A stretch of 64,000 nucleotides of DNA from Phoronis australis (taxonomy: Eukaryota; Animalia; Phoronida), in the NCBI GenBank assembly GCA_002633005.1, contig NMRA01000004.1:2025935-2089934 (forward strand), read 5' to 3'. The notes beneath the pieces are model-generated. The model had not been told where the DNA came from, ran no database searches, and worked only from the letters and a program-made list of their open reading frames with translations. Within the stretch, counting starts at the first letter, position 1; each line of letters opens with the position of its first letter. Made by a program: the position numbers and the translations under genes. Shown piece after piece: positions 28,812 to 40,324 of the stretch.

Positions 28812-29024
28812 ATAGTTCCGTAGCAACCTTTCGTTAACACACACTTGATTGAAAACATGACTGAACCTTTTTCTTGGACAGCTTGTTGTGCACACGCTCA
28901 TACTCTGTACAATTTCGAATTCCGATCTTCCGGAGTGCAGTTGTAAAGCAAATTGCCAGTAGACATTACACACGCATACGTTAAAATAGTTGCAAAAATT
29001 TGAGATCACCATTCTCATCCTCAA
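28812..29024 (-). mobile_element. 5' remnant of a Penelope-like retroelement (hammerhead-like core plus frameshifted N-terminal ORF)
   Basis: Minus strand has ttgaggaT-GAGA-atggtga-TCTC-aaa (28999-29024), then an ATG at 28966. Across frameshifts it reads MSTGNLLYNCTPEDR..IV..EYERVHNKLSKK..FSHVFNQVCVNERLLRNY, resembling the M-x-x-G-x-LL...FN-x-x-C-x-x-E-x-LLP-x-Y start I recall from Penelope-like ORFs (not database-checked). Confidence 0.5.
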
Positions 29025-29316
29025 GCACTTGATAAAATAAATGTCAAGGAAACGAGATGACAAAGACGTAAGCCGTGATACAGGTAGAGATACAAACAAG
29101 CAGTTTTTAGCTTTCTCAGTATACACGGTTACAATTGCTATGGATAAATGCTTCCGAAACAAATATGGGAGTGCCACCGTCTTTTGTTATCACTTCAGTC
29201 TAGAGGATTTTGTGTACCACTTCTAAGCAATAATTTTCTGCAGACTATCACAACTTCACAGAATTTATTTGTACACAAGTAATTAATTCCCTTGACCCTG
29301 GGCCATTCGAAGGGTC

Positions 29317-29840
29317 ATGCTGACGGATCTATCCAAGACGTTCGATGCTCTGTCTTAGTAACTACGTGTTGTCAAACTGACCATAATCCTTGGGCTGATT
29401 TCCGACTACCTTTGCCAGATAGAGTAGGAACTGAAACCCTCCTCTCAAGTTTTATCATTGTTTGCTAGGAACCTGGAGGTACCTAGGGGAATTGGTTCAC
29501 AAAATATCTTTTTAATTTTTATGTAACTCTGTTTGACCCTGCAGGCACACAGTTTTGGCTATTAGACCAGCTGTTAATTATGCCATTCAGTATCTCACTG
29601 CTGACTCTGCCACGCTCAATAACTGACTCTCTACGAATATCATGGAACAGAGTCCCGATGAAGTCCCGGTTGTGACCCTTCCTGGTTGGAACAAAAATGT
29701 TAAAGAAGGTATAGTCTACCCGTGGATGGGCAAAATGATAACGAGTCTCAAAATTGTGTCAAGTTTCTCAGGTCAACTCTAGATCATCTGACTTTCAAAC
29801 ACCATGAAGAGATTTTAAGCAGTAGTGCATCCAGAAGACA
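29317..29840 (+). pseudogene. Decayed non-LTR (CR1/L2-type) reverse transcriptase fragment
   Basis: Ordered RT-like motifs with stops and frameshifts: MLTDLSKTFD (~DLSKAFD), VVKL..LISDYL, EVPRG..NIFLIFM (~GVPQGS..LFLIFIND), CVKFL..TLDHLTFKHHEEILSSSASRR. Confidence 0.6.
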
Positions 29841-30776
29841 CGAGTGACTGACTGACTGGATTGTTTTGACTTGGATAGCCGTATAACTATTTACAATTCA
29901 TATATCATTGCCACATTTAATAGTTGTCCACCAAATGGGACGTACTACTAGAGGACACATGCTTAAATGTTGTAAAGTCTCAATTACCGAGCCCTAAAAA
30001 TCACTCGTAGTGACTTTACTAGCTTGCATTTATGACCTGTTGAGTGCCAGAATTATCCCAGCACGTGAAGTTGCAAAGCTTCGAACAGTTGTGCCAGAGG
30101 TCATGAAAAACTTCGTGGTCAATCGTCTGGTGGTGTAATGTTGTTTTTGACGTCAAACACATCCACTAAAATTTGATTGTCAAGCATACCCTCACTGCGC
30201 TGGCAATCAAGAAAATATAATCCGGAAAACAGTCTATACATTATAAAGAACAAGAAGTAGACCTTAGAAAGTGTGTCAATCTAAATGTGTTCAAGTTGCA
30301 ACTGAGAAATACCACTTTCATATCCACTACAATTCAGTTTGGTGTGTTAATTTGTTTGATTTTGATTTTTTTTATTTATTTTTCCCATTTTTATTTTATG
30401 ATCGAAACGAGCCTCTGGTTGATGTTTTCTACATTTAAAACTTACTTAAAATAAACATTGACTGGAATAGCGGACTTGCAGAGTTATTTCTGGATTGTCG
30501 CAGAAACTCTTTGGTAAGCACTCGCATTTTGTAAACATTTGTAGTCTTCTGAGGACTTATTAAAAGTTGAATAGCGGAGAACCACGCATTTTATATAACG
30601 TTAATGAGAATGCCACACGATTTAATTAGTCCTTTTTACTTTCTTAAAAGGTCTATATCCATATCACCTCGTATACGGTCGATCCTACTTCGCCGAGAGG
30701 TGTCGCGATAACCTGCGAGGAAGGTGAGTAAAGGAGGCAGCGACGTCAGTGGTTCTTATGCAAAGTGAGTGTCGCT

Positions 30777-31067
30777 ATGGTGTGGTGTATCGTTCCCGCT
30801 TGTGCGAACTATGAAGTTGCGAGGAAAGCGGGTATATCCTTTTTCGATTTCCTCTAGAGCCCGAAATGCTTAGGAAGTGGCTCGCGGCAGTGAAGAATGA
30901 AAAGTACGCCGATCATACCAAGTATGAGGCCGTGAAACATCTCCGTGTCTGTGGCCGGTATTTCGCCGACAGTGATTTCACTGACGCGTACCGCCTTACC
31001 AAACAGTCCATGCCAGAGCAGAAAAAAGACTGACGAACACCCGTCTAAATCGGATTGCAAGTTACCA
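30777..31067 (+). pseudogene. Degenerate THAP (C2CH zinc-finger) domain, probably transposon-derived
   Basis: Reads MVWCIVPACANYEVARKAGISF, then a 1-nt-short T-run at 30840-30844, then RFPLEPEMLRKWLAAVKNEKYADHTKYEAVKHLRVCGRYFADSDF. This matches the THAP pattern C-x4-C...FP...W...C-x2-H-F, with His changed to Tyr (tat). A decayed RLKxDAVP-like box follows at ~31042-31067. Confidence 0.75.
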
Positions 31068-32500
31068 TGTTGACGTTTATTGTTGTGCATTCCGTTTCAA
31101 AATGAATTATTCTCACCCTAACTAATGCTTATATAAAACTAAAACAAAGTGTTAAAGTCTGTCTCATTAGATACAATTTGTAATGCCTTTGGAGTGTTCG
31201 TGAGTGCAAATGTTTTGAGATGCCAGCAATGAATAAATCATTGCGTTACCGGCTTTAGATGCAATAGAGCTAGTGACCAGGCACTTAGGTCATGCTAATT
31301 CAATGTTTGCTGACAGAAAGCTGTTGCAAAACAATAATTCAATTTATAGGTTATAGTGAGATGTTAGGCGATTTTTATTTAGATATACATATAAATTATT
31401 CGAATCATTGTTACTGTTCAACTTTTGCCCTGAAAGTTCTTTGGAAGGGAACCAGAATTTGCGGCAAGTAGATTTGCAATTTCGAGGCCAATTCACCAAA
31501 ATAATCACGTTCACATTATTTCTTTGGATCACTAGTATAATCTTTTCTTGACTGGAAGTTTCCAACTTTGGCTGGTTTATGTTCATTATGTCGCCAGTCC
31601 GGCCGCAATGGGCCTGATCGGGTTCCGAGCCACTGGCCGGGATAACAAGCGTTTTGTGTGTTCAGAATTGAAAAATGGCAAGTCTAAAATTACAATTCAC
31701 AGCTATGTTCTCCTGTCTGTATTTCGTGGAAGGATTATTTGAATTCATCGCGACCGACCTTGATAAATTGACCTACCGAAATTTGTAAGCTACCATGTTA
31801 CGTTCACCTACCAATAAATCCGCGAAATAAAACAACACGTTTGTTCAAGAACGTGTAAGGGTTTTAAGTCTAATTTTGATGATTTATTGTTATAAAACGA
31901 TGCATTCAAGTGATAAGCTGACGCCAGTAAGCACGTTGCTGAACAGACTGCGTTCGAACTCTGACGTCATCGGTTAATTTCAACACCTCCGTCTGCCGTC
32001 AGGTGTCAGGTAAAAGAACTGAACTTGCTGTTATCGAGGGCAACTACTCGACCTAAATTGATACGAAATAAGTTGTTTTTGGGTGGCATTCTCCTATAAG
32101 GGTCTAGGTGAAATCTGATGTTGATGAAGCATCGATTTATGTCATTTGTGATGTCCGTATATGTACGGCTAAATTGAAATCTTACTTTTACGTCAACTTG
32201 TATTGCATTTCGCTTTCACTGCAGTAAACTAATTCACGTTAAACATAATTATCTATTCACCCGAAGTATACCGCACTGCGCCAACCATAGTCGCCGGTGC
32301 ACGATGTTCGATACTTTCCATTAGGTCGATGAGGTTTGGACGCATACACTGTACGTGTGGGTAAATCCGTAACACTATTCTTTGGTAAATATGTCATGAA
32401 ACCTACATAACGTTTATTTCTTGAATTAAAATTGACCAAAAGGGTTTTTTATCCCCTTGAAATTAATTCTCATATACATGTACATAAAAACAAGCCTTCC

Positions 32501-32646
32501 CAGTGGCGGATTTAGAGGGAGGTCAAGGAGCCATGTCCCCCCTTAAAATTCTCTCAGGTTCCTTTGGCAGTTCGGGGGTGCGAATTTCTGACGGACAAAA
32601 TTCTCTGCCCTGGCCCCCCTAACTCAAAATCCTGGATGCGCCCCTG
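32501..32646 (-). mobile_element. MITE family A, 5-bp TSD
   Basis: TSD cttcc at 32496-32500 and 32647-32651. Confidence 0.9.
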
Positions 32647-33110
32647 CTTCCGTAGCCGGACTCGTCAAGTGACTGGCTGTGAATGCGTTTAGAAAAGCAT
32701 ACACGTACTGTCATGTCTTAAGTATTCTGCTAATGAGGATTTCATAACAGTTCTCTTATTCGTTGTCTTTATGGTGTACTTGCATGCGCTACATCTTCCT
32801 TCCGCTGGAAACACATCGCCGCGAGGCACGAACTGGAATTAGGCGAGGTTGTGTTTCTGCCTCATCATGGGTAAAATTGCTCGTTAGACATTTCAAGTCC
32901 TAATTAAGTGCGGCACCTCTTTGAACAGAGGCTATATTGCATGACGAGTAACCGGGAGAGCACGGGAGACGAGGCGTTCCACGGGGTTTGGGTCACACCT
33001 CCACGAAATTTTCAGAATAAATTCCTATTAATGTAAATTGTGTTTCATTACGAGTTACGAGTTGATGAGTTATCAGTACAAGAACGTTGATAGCTAATTC
33101 ATCAGTTAGA

Positions 33111-33251
33111 CATGGGCGGCGCTCCATAGGGGGGCTGGGGGGCTATAACCCCCACTTTTTCCGGTGCTACGCCGCCCATGGTCTATGGGCGGTGCACCAC
33201 AGGGAGGCTGGATACTATAGCCCCCACTTTTTCGCTACTACGCCGCCCATG
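33111..33251 (-). mobile_element. MITE family C dimer
   Basis: Reverse-orientation copy of 8335-8488; units joined by gtcta; flanked by taga on both sides. Confidence 0.8.
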
Positions 33252-33645
33252 TAGACACTTAAGTACACTGTACTGTCTGCAAAAACATCATACTCCTAGC
33301 AACCTGATCGATGCAGCGGGTTTTGTTCGAACAAGTCTAATCTATCACTAATAACCCGTCCATGATAATGATCTTCAATATACTATTATTGGAATTCGTT
33401 GGAGAAAAATACCGATATTTTTGTAGTTATCAAACAATTTAGAATATTATCTTTGGCAATTCACATGTACTGGTCTTTGATTCAGTTTATTTGTTTCTTT
33501 TTGGTGACATGCCACGATACTTCTGTTTTTTGATTGAATGTATATTATGTGTTTTTATGACAAATTTGAATTATTCTTACTGCCCCCCCAAATATAAGTG
33601 GCAGTGTACGATTTATAAGATCTTGCCTGAGAGGGGCCTTGGTCG

Positions 33646-34715
33646 GCTCACATGAATGCCGCGTGTTATTATAAGTTCTAGCGACAGATAATCAGAAGAC
33701 ATTATTAGCTTCTGTTAATGAGATACAGGATTATGAACAAATGGCCTATTCAAAGGCTGACATTACACAACAATGAACTCATTTTGTCAATTGTGGGCAA
33801 CCTGAGATGCAATTTATGTTTATGAGGTTGGAAGGTCCGACATATTGAGGTCACGTGCGTTACGGAGTAATGACAACTGTTGAAACATGACTGTGATTCG
33901 CAATTTCAGTAACTATCGTTCTTGTGTTCGTTTGATGACATATACATGTAGTAATGGAGGGAAAACAGGCACGTGATGAACACCTTCATCGTCATCGCAC
34001 ACCTCGATGTAACTGTCATCTGCTTGTTTAGTGTGACGTCATGTTGACGTCTTGGACCCAGTCAAATACTATTAAAACGCCAAATTGAAAAACAGAAAAA
34101 CAATTATAATCATTACACCAGACTTAGGTGCCACTGTGATTTACAAAGCACTTTGAAAATTATTACTTGTCTATAGACCTGGTCCATCTTAATCTTCACC
34201 AACTCCCATGGAGCATACAACGGGTGCAACTGTTGTCGGACCAAACCGATTAATCCAAACCCATAATTTTGTAAACCAATTCAAATGCTTAAACTGTCCC
34301 CGTGGTTTCCTGAATCGGAAAAATCCAAGACCTACAAATTTTTTGAAAATGCTATGTGACAGTGCATTTATGTAAATATGTGTAGGTCCAAATCGCGTCA
34401 TAATAGTGGCAGATACGTCAGCACTAAACATTCGAATTTTTAGATGCTTAGGCTTTTGAACTCATAGTTCCGAGGGTTACTACCCAGTCGTTTCCAAATA
34501 TTTAGTCCACTCCAATTGACTAATCACTAAGTTGACTATTGTTGTGCCCACCCGATCACGTGACTTAGCCTTAAAAACAAAGGTAATGGCTGCAACTATT
34601 CCAATGTGTCTAATAAGCGAAATACTGTGTTATTTTAAATATTTCTTTGCTCTACAGCATACATGTACATACATGTACATGTATGTATGTCATGTATGTC
34701 GTGATTTCTAGTTCA
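33646..34715 (+). repeat. Diverged duplicated segment, copy 1 (paralog at 45639-46250), with a ~400-bp extra block near 34030-34430
   Basis: Colinear blocks, e.g. atgaatgccgcgtgttattataagttctagcgacagataa vs atgaatgtcgcgtgctattgttagttctaacgacagataa, and ccaattgactaatc..gcccacccgatcacgtgac vs ccaattgaccaatc..gcccactcgatcacgtgac. Confidence 0.8.
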
Positions 34716-35967
34716 CGGAAGTTGACTTGCAAATGAATTTTAAAGGCCATCAATGCATCCAATCTACTTATTTTCTGATAATTTTACGTTTTTTACCTCA
34801 TTTTGCTTCTCACGGAACACACAACTCCATACAGTTATAGGTGTACCGCTTACCTTGTGCACGCGCAGCATCATCTGGCCAAGTCAGATGTAAACCCTGT
34901 GTCACCTCACGTTTATGCTTGTGGTTAAAAAACAAACACATCGAAACTCCACTTGCTGTTAACGCAAAATTTTGGACGAAAGTGAATAAAATTAGCAAGT
35001 TTTGCAGCAAAAATCAATTCAAGGAAAGGAACGCATGTATAAGCTGCAAGTCGACTTTATTAAAGTGTTATATTTGCGTTAAGGCCTTTTGATTAAAGAT
35101 GTGGCTATTCAAAAACGGAGGGCGTAAGGACTTTCATCGGTCGCGGGTCAATGGCGGCCAGCAAAGGTCTCAGATGTCCGCAAATATCCACTCAGCGAAA
35201 TTTGGTCTTACCAAAATGGCTAGCTACATGAGACTCTGAATAAACTCGATACTTAAAGTAGCTCACAAATGTGTTTGTTAGGGAGGAATTAAGGAAATAT
35301 GAGCTTTTGATTGGGCACAACGGGTTGGTGTGTTTGTAGTTGTTGTGACAACTGAGTGTTTGAGCACGTTGTGGTTCTTTTCACTTTCTCACTGAACATC
35401 GAAGAAGCGTAGATATGGCAAGTTTGTACTTAGAAGTCTATCCTAGTAATGCCGTAATGATCTCGTGCTATCGAGGCTGCGCCACGCATGCGTGGCATTT
35501 GTTACATTCGTTTGTTCCGGTGTTTGTTCTCGTTGGTCAGTTTGTTGTCAAAAACTGTTCATAACTCAGCAGTTTTTCAACACAACTTGCACAAAAGTCT
35601 TATCATTAGAAATCCCTTGGTAAGTTTTTGATACTGATACCAGAAGCAAAAAATTACAAGGAATGTGATGAACTATTTACTGCAAATGTCTATTCGAAAT
35701 TTGCAGAAATTTCATGGTAATAATGGGGAAACATCTGTTACGAAGCTTTGAAATGTACTATATGCATTGGTTGAAGTGTTGGGCTTTCCACAGAAGTATA
35801 GTAATAAACTCATTTCTTCAGAAAATAAAAAATAGTGATCCTCCATGTAGTGTATGTTAAATACTACAGTTAACAGTAAACCTAGTGCTCAGAAATCGAA
35901 TTAACAAATACGGCACCTGGACAACAGGTAAACGTTACACAAATGAATTAATAGAAACAACTAAATA

Positions 35968-36815
35968 NNNNNNNNNNNNNNNNNNNNNNNNNNNNNNNNN
36001 NNNNNNNNNNNNNNNNNNNNNNNNNNNNNNNNNNNNNNNNNNNNNNNNNNNNNNNNNNNNNNNNNNNNNNNNNNNNNNNNNNNNNNNNNNNNNNNNNNNN
36101 NNNNNNNNNNNNNNNNNNNNNNNNNNNNNNNNNNNNNNNNNNNNNNNNNNNNNNNNNNNNNNNNNNNNNNNNNNNNNNNNNNNNNNNNNNNNNNNNNNNN
36201 NNNNNNNNNNNNNNNNNNNNNNNNNNNNNNNNNNNNNNNNNNNNNNNNNNNNNNNNNNNNNNNNNNNNNNNNNNNNNNNNNNNNNNNNNNNNNNNNNNNN
36301 NNNNNNNNNNNNNNNNNNNNNNNNNNNNNNNNNNNNNNNNNNNNNNNNNNNNNNNNNNNNNNNNNNNNNNNNNNNNNNNNNNNNNNNNNNNNNNNNNNNN
36401 NNNNNNNNNNNNNNNNNNNNNNNNNNNNNNNNNNNNNNNNNNNNNNNNNNNNNNNNNNNNNNNNNNNNNNNNNNNNNNNNNNNNNNNNNNNNNNNNNNNN
36501 NNNNNNNNNNNNNNNNNNNNNNNNNNNNNNNNNNNNNNNNNNNNNNNNNNNNNNNNNNNNNNNNNNNNNNNNNNNNNNNNNNNNNNNNNNNNNNNNNNNN
36601 NNNNNNNNNNNNNNNNNNNNNNNNNNNNNNNNNNNNNNNNNNNNNNNNNNNNNNNNNNNNNNNNNNNNNNNNNNNNNNNNNNNNNNNNNNNNNNNNNNNN
36701 NNNNNNNNNNNNNNNNNNNNNNNNNNNNNNNNNNNNNNNNNNNNNNNNNNNNNNNNNNNNNNNNNNNNNNNNNNNNNNNNNNNNNNNNNNNNNNNNNNNN
36801 NNNNNNNNNNNNNNN
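35968..36815. other. Assembly gap (~850 N)
   Basis: Run of N; the ORFs spanning it are artefacts. Confidence 0.99.
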
Positions 36816-38568
36816 ACAGGCCTAAGCGCGTTTCATGGTTATCACCTATGGGACGCTTCCATGGTTTTCCTTTGTTACGTCTTTGTTTGATATAACAATA
36901 CAGGTCGCCTGGATATTGCACCTTGGGGGCAAACCAGTCGGTTACCGGTAAATGCTTTTCAATATCTTTATTATAACAAGTAAACAATGGATGCACCAAT
37001 CTACGATCTCTATGTGACCAGCTTGCGATCTAAGTTTCCCACGGAATGGATGTAACTCTACTACCCCAGTAAAACGACCAGGATACTTGCTGTCTCATTC
37101 ACAGAGTGTACATTGACAATTATAACCATTTTGCCTCACATTCTACGGACGCCTTCATTTGTCTTACAAATGACGTTATCTGCCAGTGAGGAAAATGTCC
37201 GATGGCTTATATACAATGTGACAACACTCCTCCGTGGGATTGGTTGGTGACGTTATAAATTATACCCCTTGCCGCTAGATGAGGTTAGGGTACACGATTA
37301 GAGCGTTCTCTATTCCTGTAGTAAATTAATGGAAAAAATAAAACAGAATGCACATAGTGCCATTGTTTTGTTTGTTTCGCCTGGTTCTTTCATTGCACGC
37401 TGATATTCCGTCAACAACATAGATATTGTTCTCGTCGAGCAACAGGGTTACACAAAGACGATGTCTGTTCAGATTATTTGAAGAAGTTTTTTTGTGAAAC
37501 ACGACTTTTCATTTACTATTATATGTTTGTTCCAGATTATAGAAAGTCGAACACGAAATGGTCGCACCAGAAGGCCCATCACAGGATTCACACTGCACTG
37601 GTAGGAGCAACATTAACATTAACATTACTTCTTTGTCTGAAAAAATCAATACTTGAAATTATGAATAATCCCACAGCATACTGATTAATGATAAAGAAAG
37701 ATTAAAATTAATGTATGTATGTGTGCACTTAAAGAGATGTTGTCTACCTCTATAGCTGTATGACAGACTTATGTCACTTTGAATGTCAACCCTTGGAAAC
37801 TTAGAAATTAATTTTTACTTTCATGTTACTCTAAACGAACCTATGTAATGTACTAGAAAAGTTATTCCCATGACTTTTAACCTTACCACAATTTACATTA
37901 TCACCACCACTGAGTTGCACCCCAGTTACCAGAACTTCGGTTAATGGTCCAACACTCATTAAGCGTTGCTAGCAACTTCTGCTCATCAGAGTGGTCGTGT
38001 GTTCTAAAGCTGTGAGCCATACACAATTGCTGGTTGAAACATCATCTGTGCCTGTCAGCTTCTTACTTATTTCAAAGCAACCTGTTATATTTTGAAACCG
38101 GCTTTTCTCTCAGTTTCTTTCCTGTCGTTGTTCAGGTCCTACAACTGAACTTTTAGAACCTGGTTTAAAATTCGGAATTCGTATTTGTCAAAACGAATTA
38201 GCTACCAATGCACCATATGAGTTAACGCAAGACTCTGAATGCAAATTCATTACAGAGTTTCGAAATGTGATACAAAAGTAGAAGTTTTGTAATTCTGAGT
38301 TGTTTGAGGGATACAGGAAATTGCCGCAGGTTCCTCAGTCACTGCACTGCATTGGAACACTGCTACATGATCCGCCATTTTACAATAAATGAACTCTCCA
38401 ATCAAATAAGTGAACTTCTCTGATACATGTACAGGGGCACAGGCACACCAAACTTATTGAACCAACGCTCAATGCATACCTCACCACGCATTTATTTTCT
38501 AGGTATAGCAAATTTTCCCCGGCTACAGTCGAAGTGTACAATATCACTTTAGCTAGGATTGTTCTGAA

Positions 38569-38634
38569 ACCCCCTCGACCCCCTCGACCCATAATCCCCA
38601 TGACCCATGACCCACGACCCCCTCGACCACGACC
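38569..38634. repeat. Short 7-9-bp tandem repeat (accc(c)tcg / acccatg / acccacg)
   Basis: About eight imperfect units. Confidence 0.8.
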
Positions 38635-38874
38635 TGTGGCAAGAGAGCCAGGGGTATTTGTGCGTTTTTACATATTTCATGTTATTACGTCACTGGACGA
38701 CTTTCCCATAAGGCATACCTACACGTGAGTATCTGCTCTGTCTGAGGTCTGGTGATTGAAGACAGAAAAGTGGCGAGAACGCCGGTGGTCTTGAATAGCG
38801 CATTGTGAGCGCGCTATCGTTGTCACGGAAATAGTTCCACCAGCGGCTATCAATGGCCCAGTTCTAATAAACTT

Positions 38875-38900
38875 AGAGAGAGAGAGAGAGAGAGAGAGAG
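38875..38900. repeat. (AG)n microsatellite
   Basis: About 13 AG units. Confidence 0.95.
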
Positions 38901-39084
38901 TACGTTAAAGTGAATGTACAGAACTTCACCATTTTATTATTGGGTTTATATTTTATACTCTTTTACAATGTACCCCATATAAAGTTGAAATACTTTTTAG
39001 GTAAAAGTTTGTTTTTACTGGATGGCTTGTATGAAATGTGTTTTAGTGTTGGGGGNGCACTATGGGTAAGTATAGGCTCTCCCG

Positions 39085-39655
39085 CGAATCACTCAGAAAC
39101 TCGCAATACTCTCTTTGTCAAACCTTATCTTAAGACGATTTCCAAAGCAAAGCAATCACGTCATTATTGCCAACAAGAAAAACGGATTTGGTCTTTTGGG
39201 CATTTGAAGATTATTTTAAATACGACAAATTTGTTAAGAATCGATGGCACAAAAGGTGCAATAAGCATACAAAGAGAAGTAGGTTTCACGCGCAAACGCT
39301 GTGGACCATAAACAAGTAGGTCTCTTGGTATGTGATTAGTAGTTAAATCGTGGTGGTGTAGTGGTAACGCACGCGCGCGCTGTGCACTAGGTCGTGAGTT
39401 CCAGTCTGTGTCACTCGTTTTCCGTGTTTTTTTTTGCCTTTTTTTTCTTAGATAATACTTCAGGAATCAAGGAAAAAGCTTGATTTTTAGAGGTAAAAAC
39501 AGAAATATTTCCTGGACGGGAGGGGGGCAAAACCCCCTCCCGACCTCCCCCCATTCGGTGCCATGCGCATCTACAATCGTGGTTCAGTTTGCGCAAATGC
39601 TTACAGCCGGACAAAATGTTGGCCCCCCTCTTGTGATATCCTAGATCCGCCCCTG
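39085..39655 (+). mobile_element. Family D element with an internal tRNA-like segment and a family-A-type right end
   Basis: Colinear with 58650-59068 (gaatcactcagaaactc, cgcgcaaacgctgtggaccataaacaagt); A-box-like tggtgtagtgg at 39354-39364; ends ctagatccgcccctg. Confidence 0.7.
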
Positions 39656-40324
39656 AAAGAGCTGGATGAAAACCTAATCGTTTTAACCACTAAATAGAAA
39701 CCAGCATCTGATAAATTAGCTCTACACATTCTTAAATCATAATCCCAAATGCAATTAATTTAAAATGTCCTGATTTCACACTGGAAGACAGCACAGGTGA
39801 TTTGAATAAAATATGAATGCCAAAAGTTGATGATATCAAATAAACCATATGCTTCACACTTTGTTTTAAGAAGATACTGAAGTCCTGTTACTAATAGCTA
39901 AAAAACGTTAAAGTTTACTTTCATGGGCATGCATCAGAACCATCGACAGCATGAAACAGAGAATAATTTGTACAGCTCTAAGGGCAAGTTCTAATTTAAA
40001 AACAATGAATTAAAATGCAATTTTATGACAGTGGTTAGTAATGTTTTAAACTTTATTTCACATTTTATATTTTGACGCCAATATTTACTTATTAGTTTTG
40101 AATTACTGTTCTAGTCAATGCTTAAAACAGATTTTCCTGATAACTAACAGCTATCAAATACAAAATGATTATCACTCTTATTCCCATCGATAATGCTTAC
40201 CCTCTTCAAAAGGAAGTGAAGATTTTAGGTGATTGTTTATGTTTTTAATCAAATGTATTAGAAAATTAAAATCCTAGAGTATATTAATAGCACAGCCCTA
40301 CTTGTGATGATTTTGTGCAAAAGA

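Noticed and set aside
35885-36999. 336 and 354 aa ORFs
   Set aside because: They read through the N gap.
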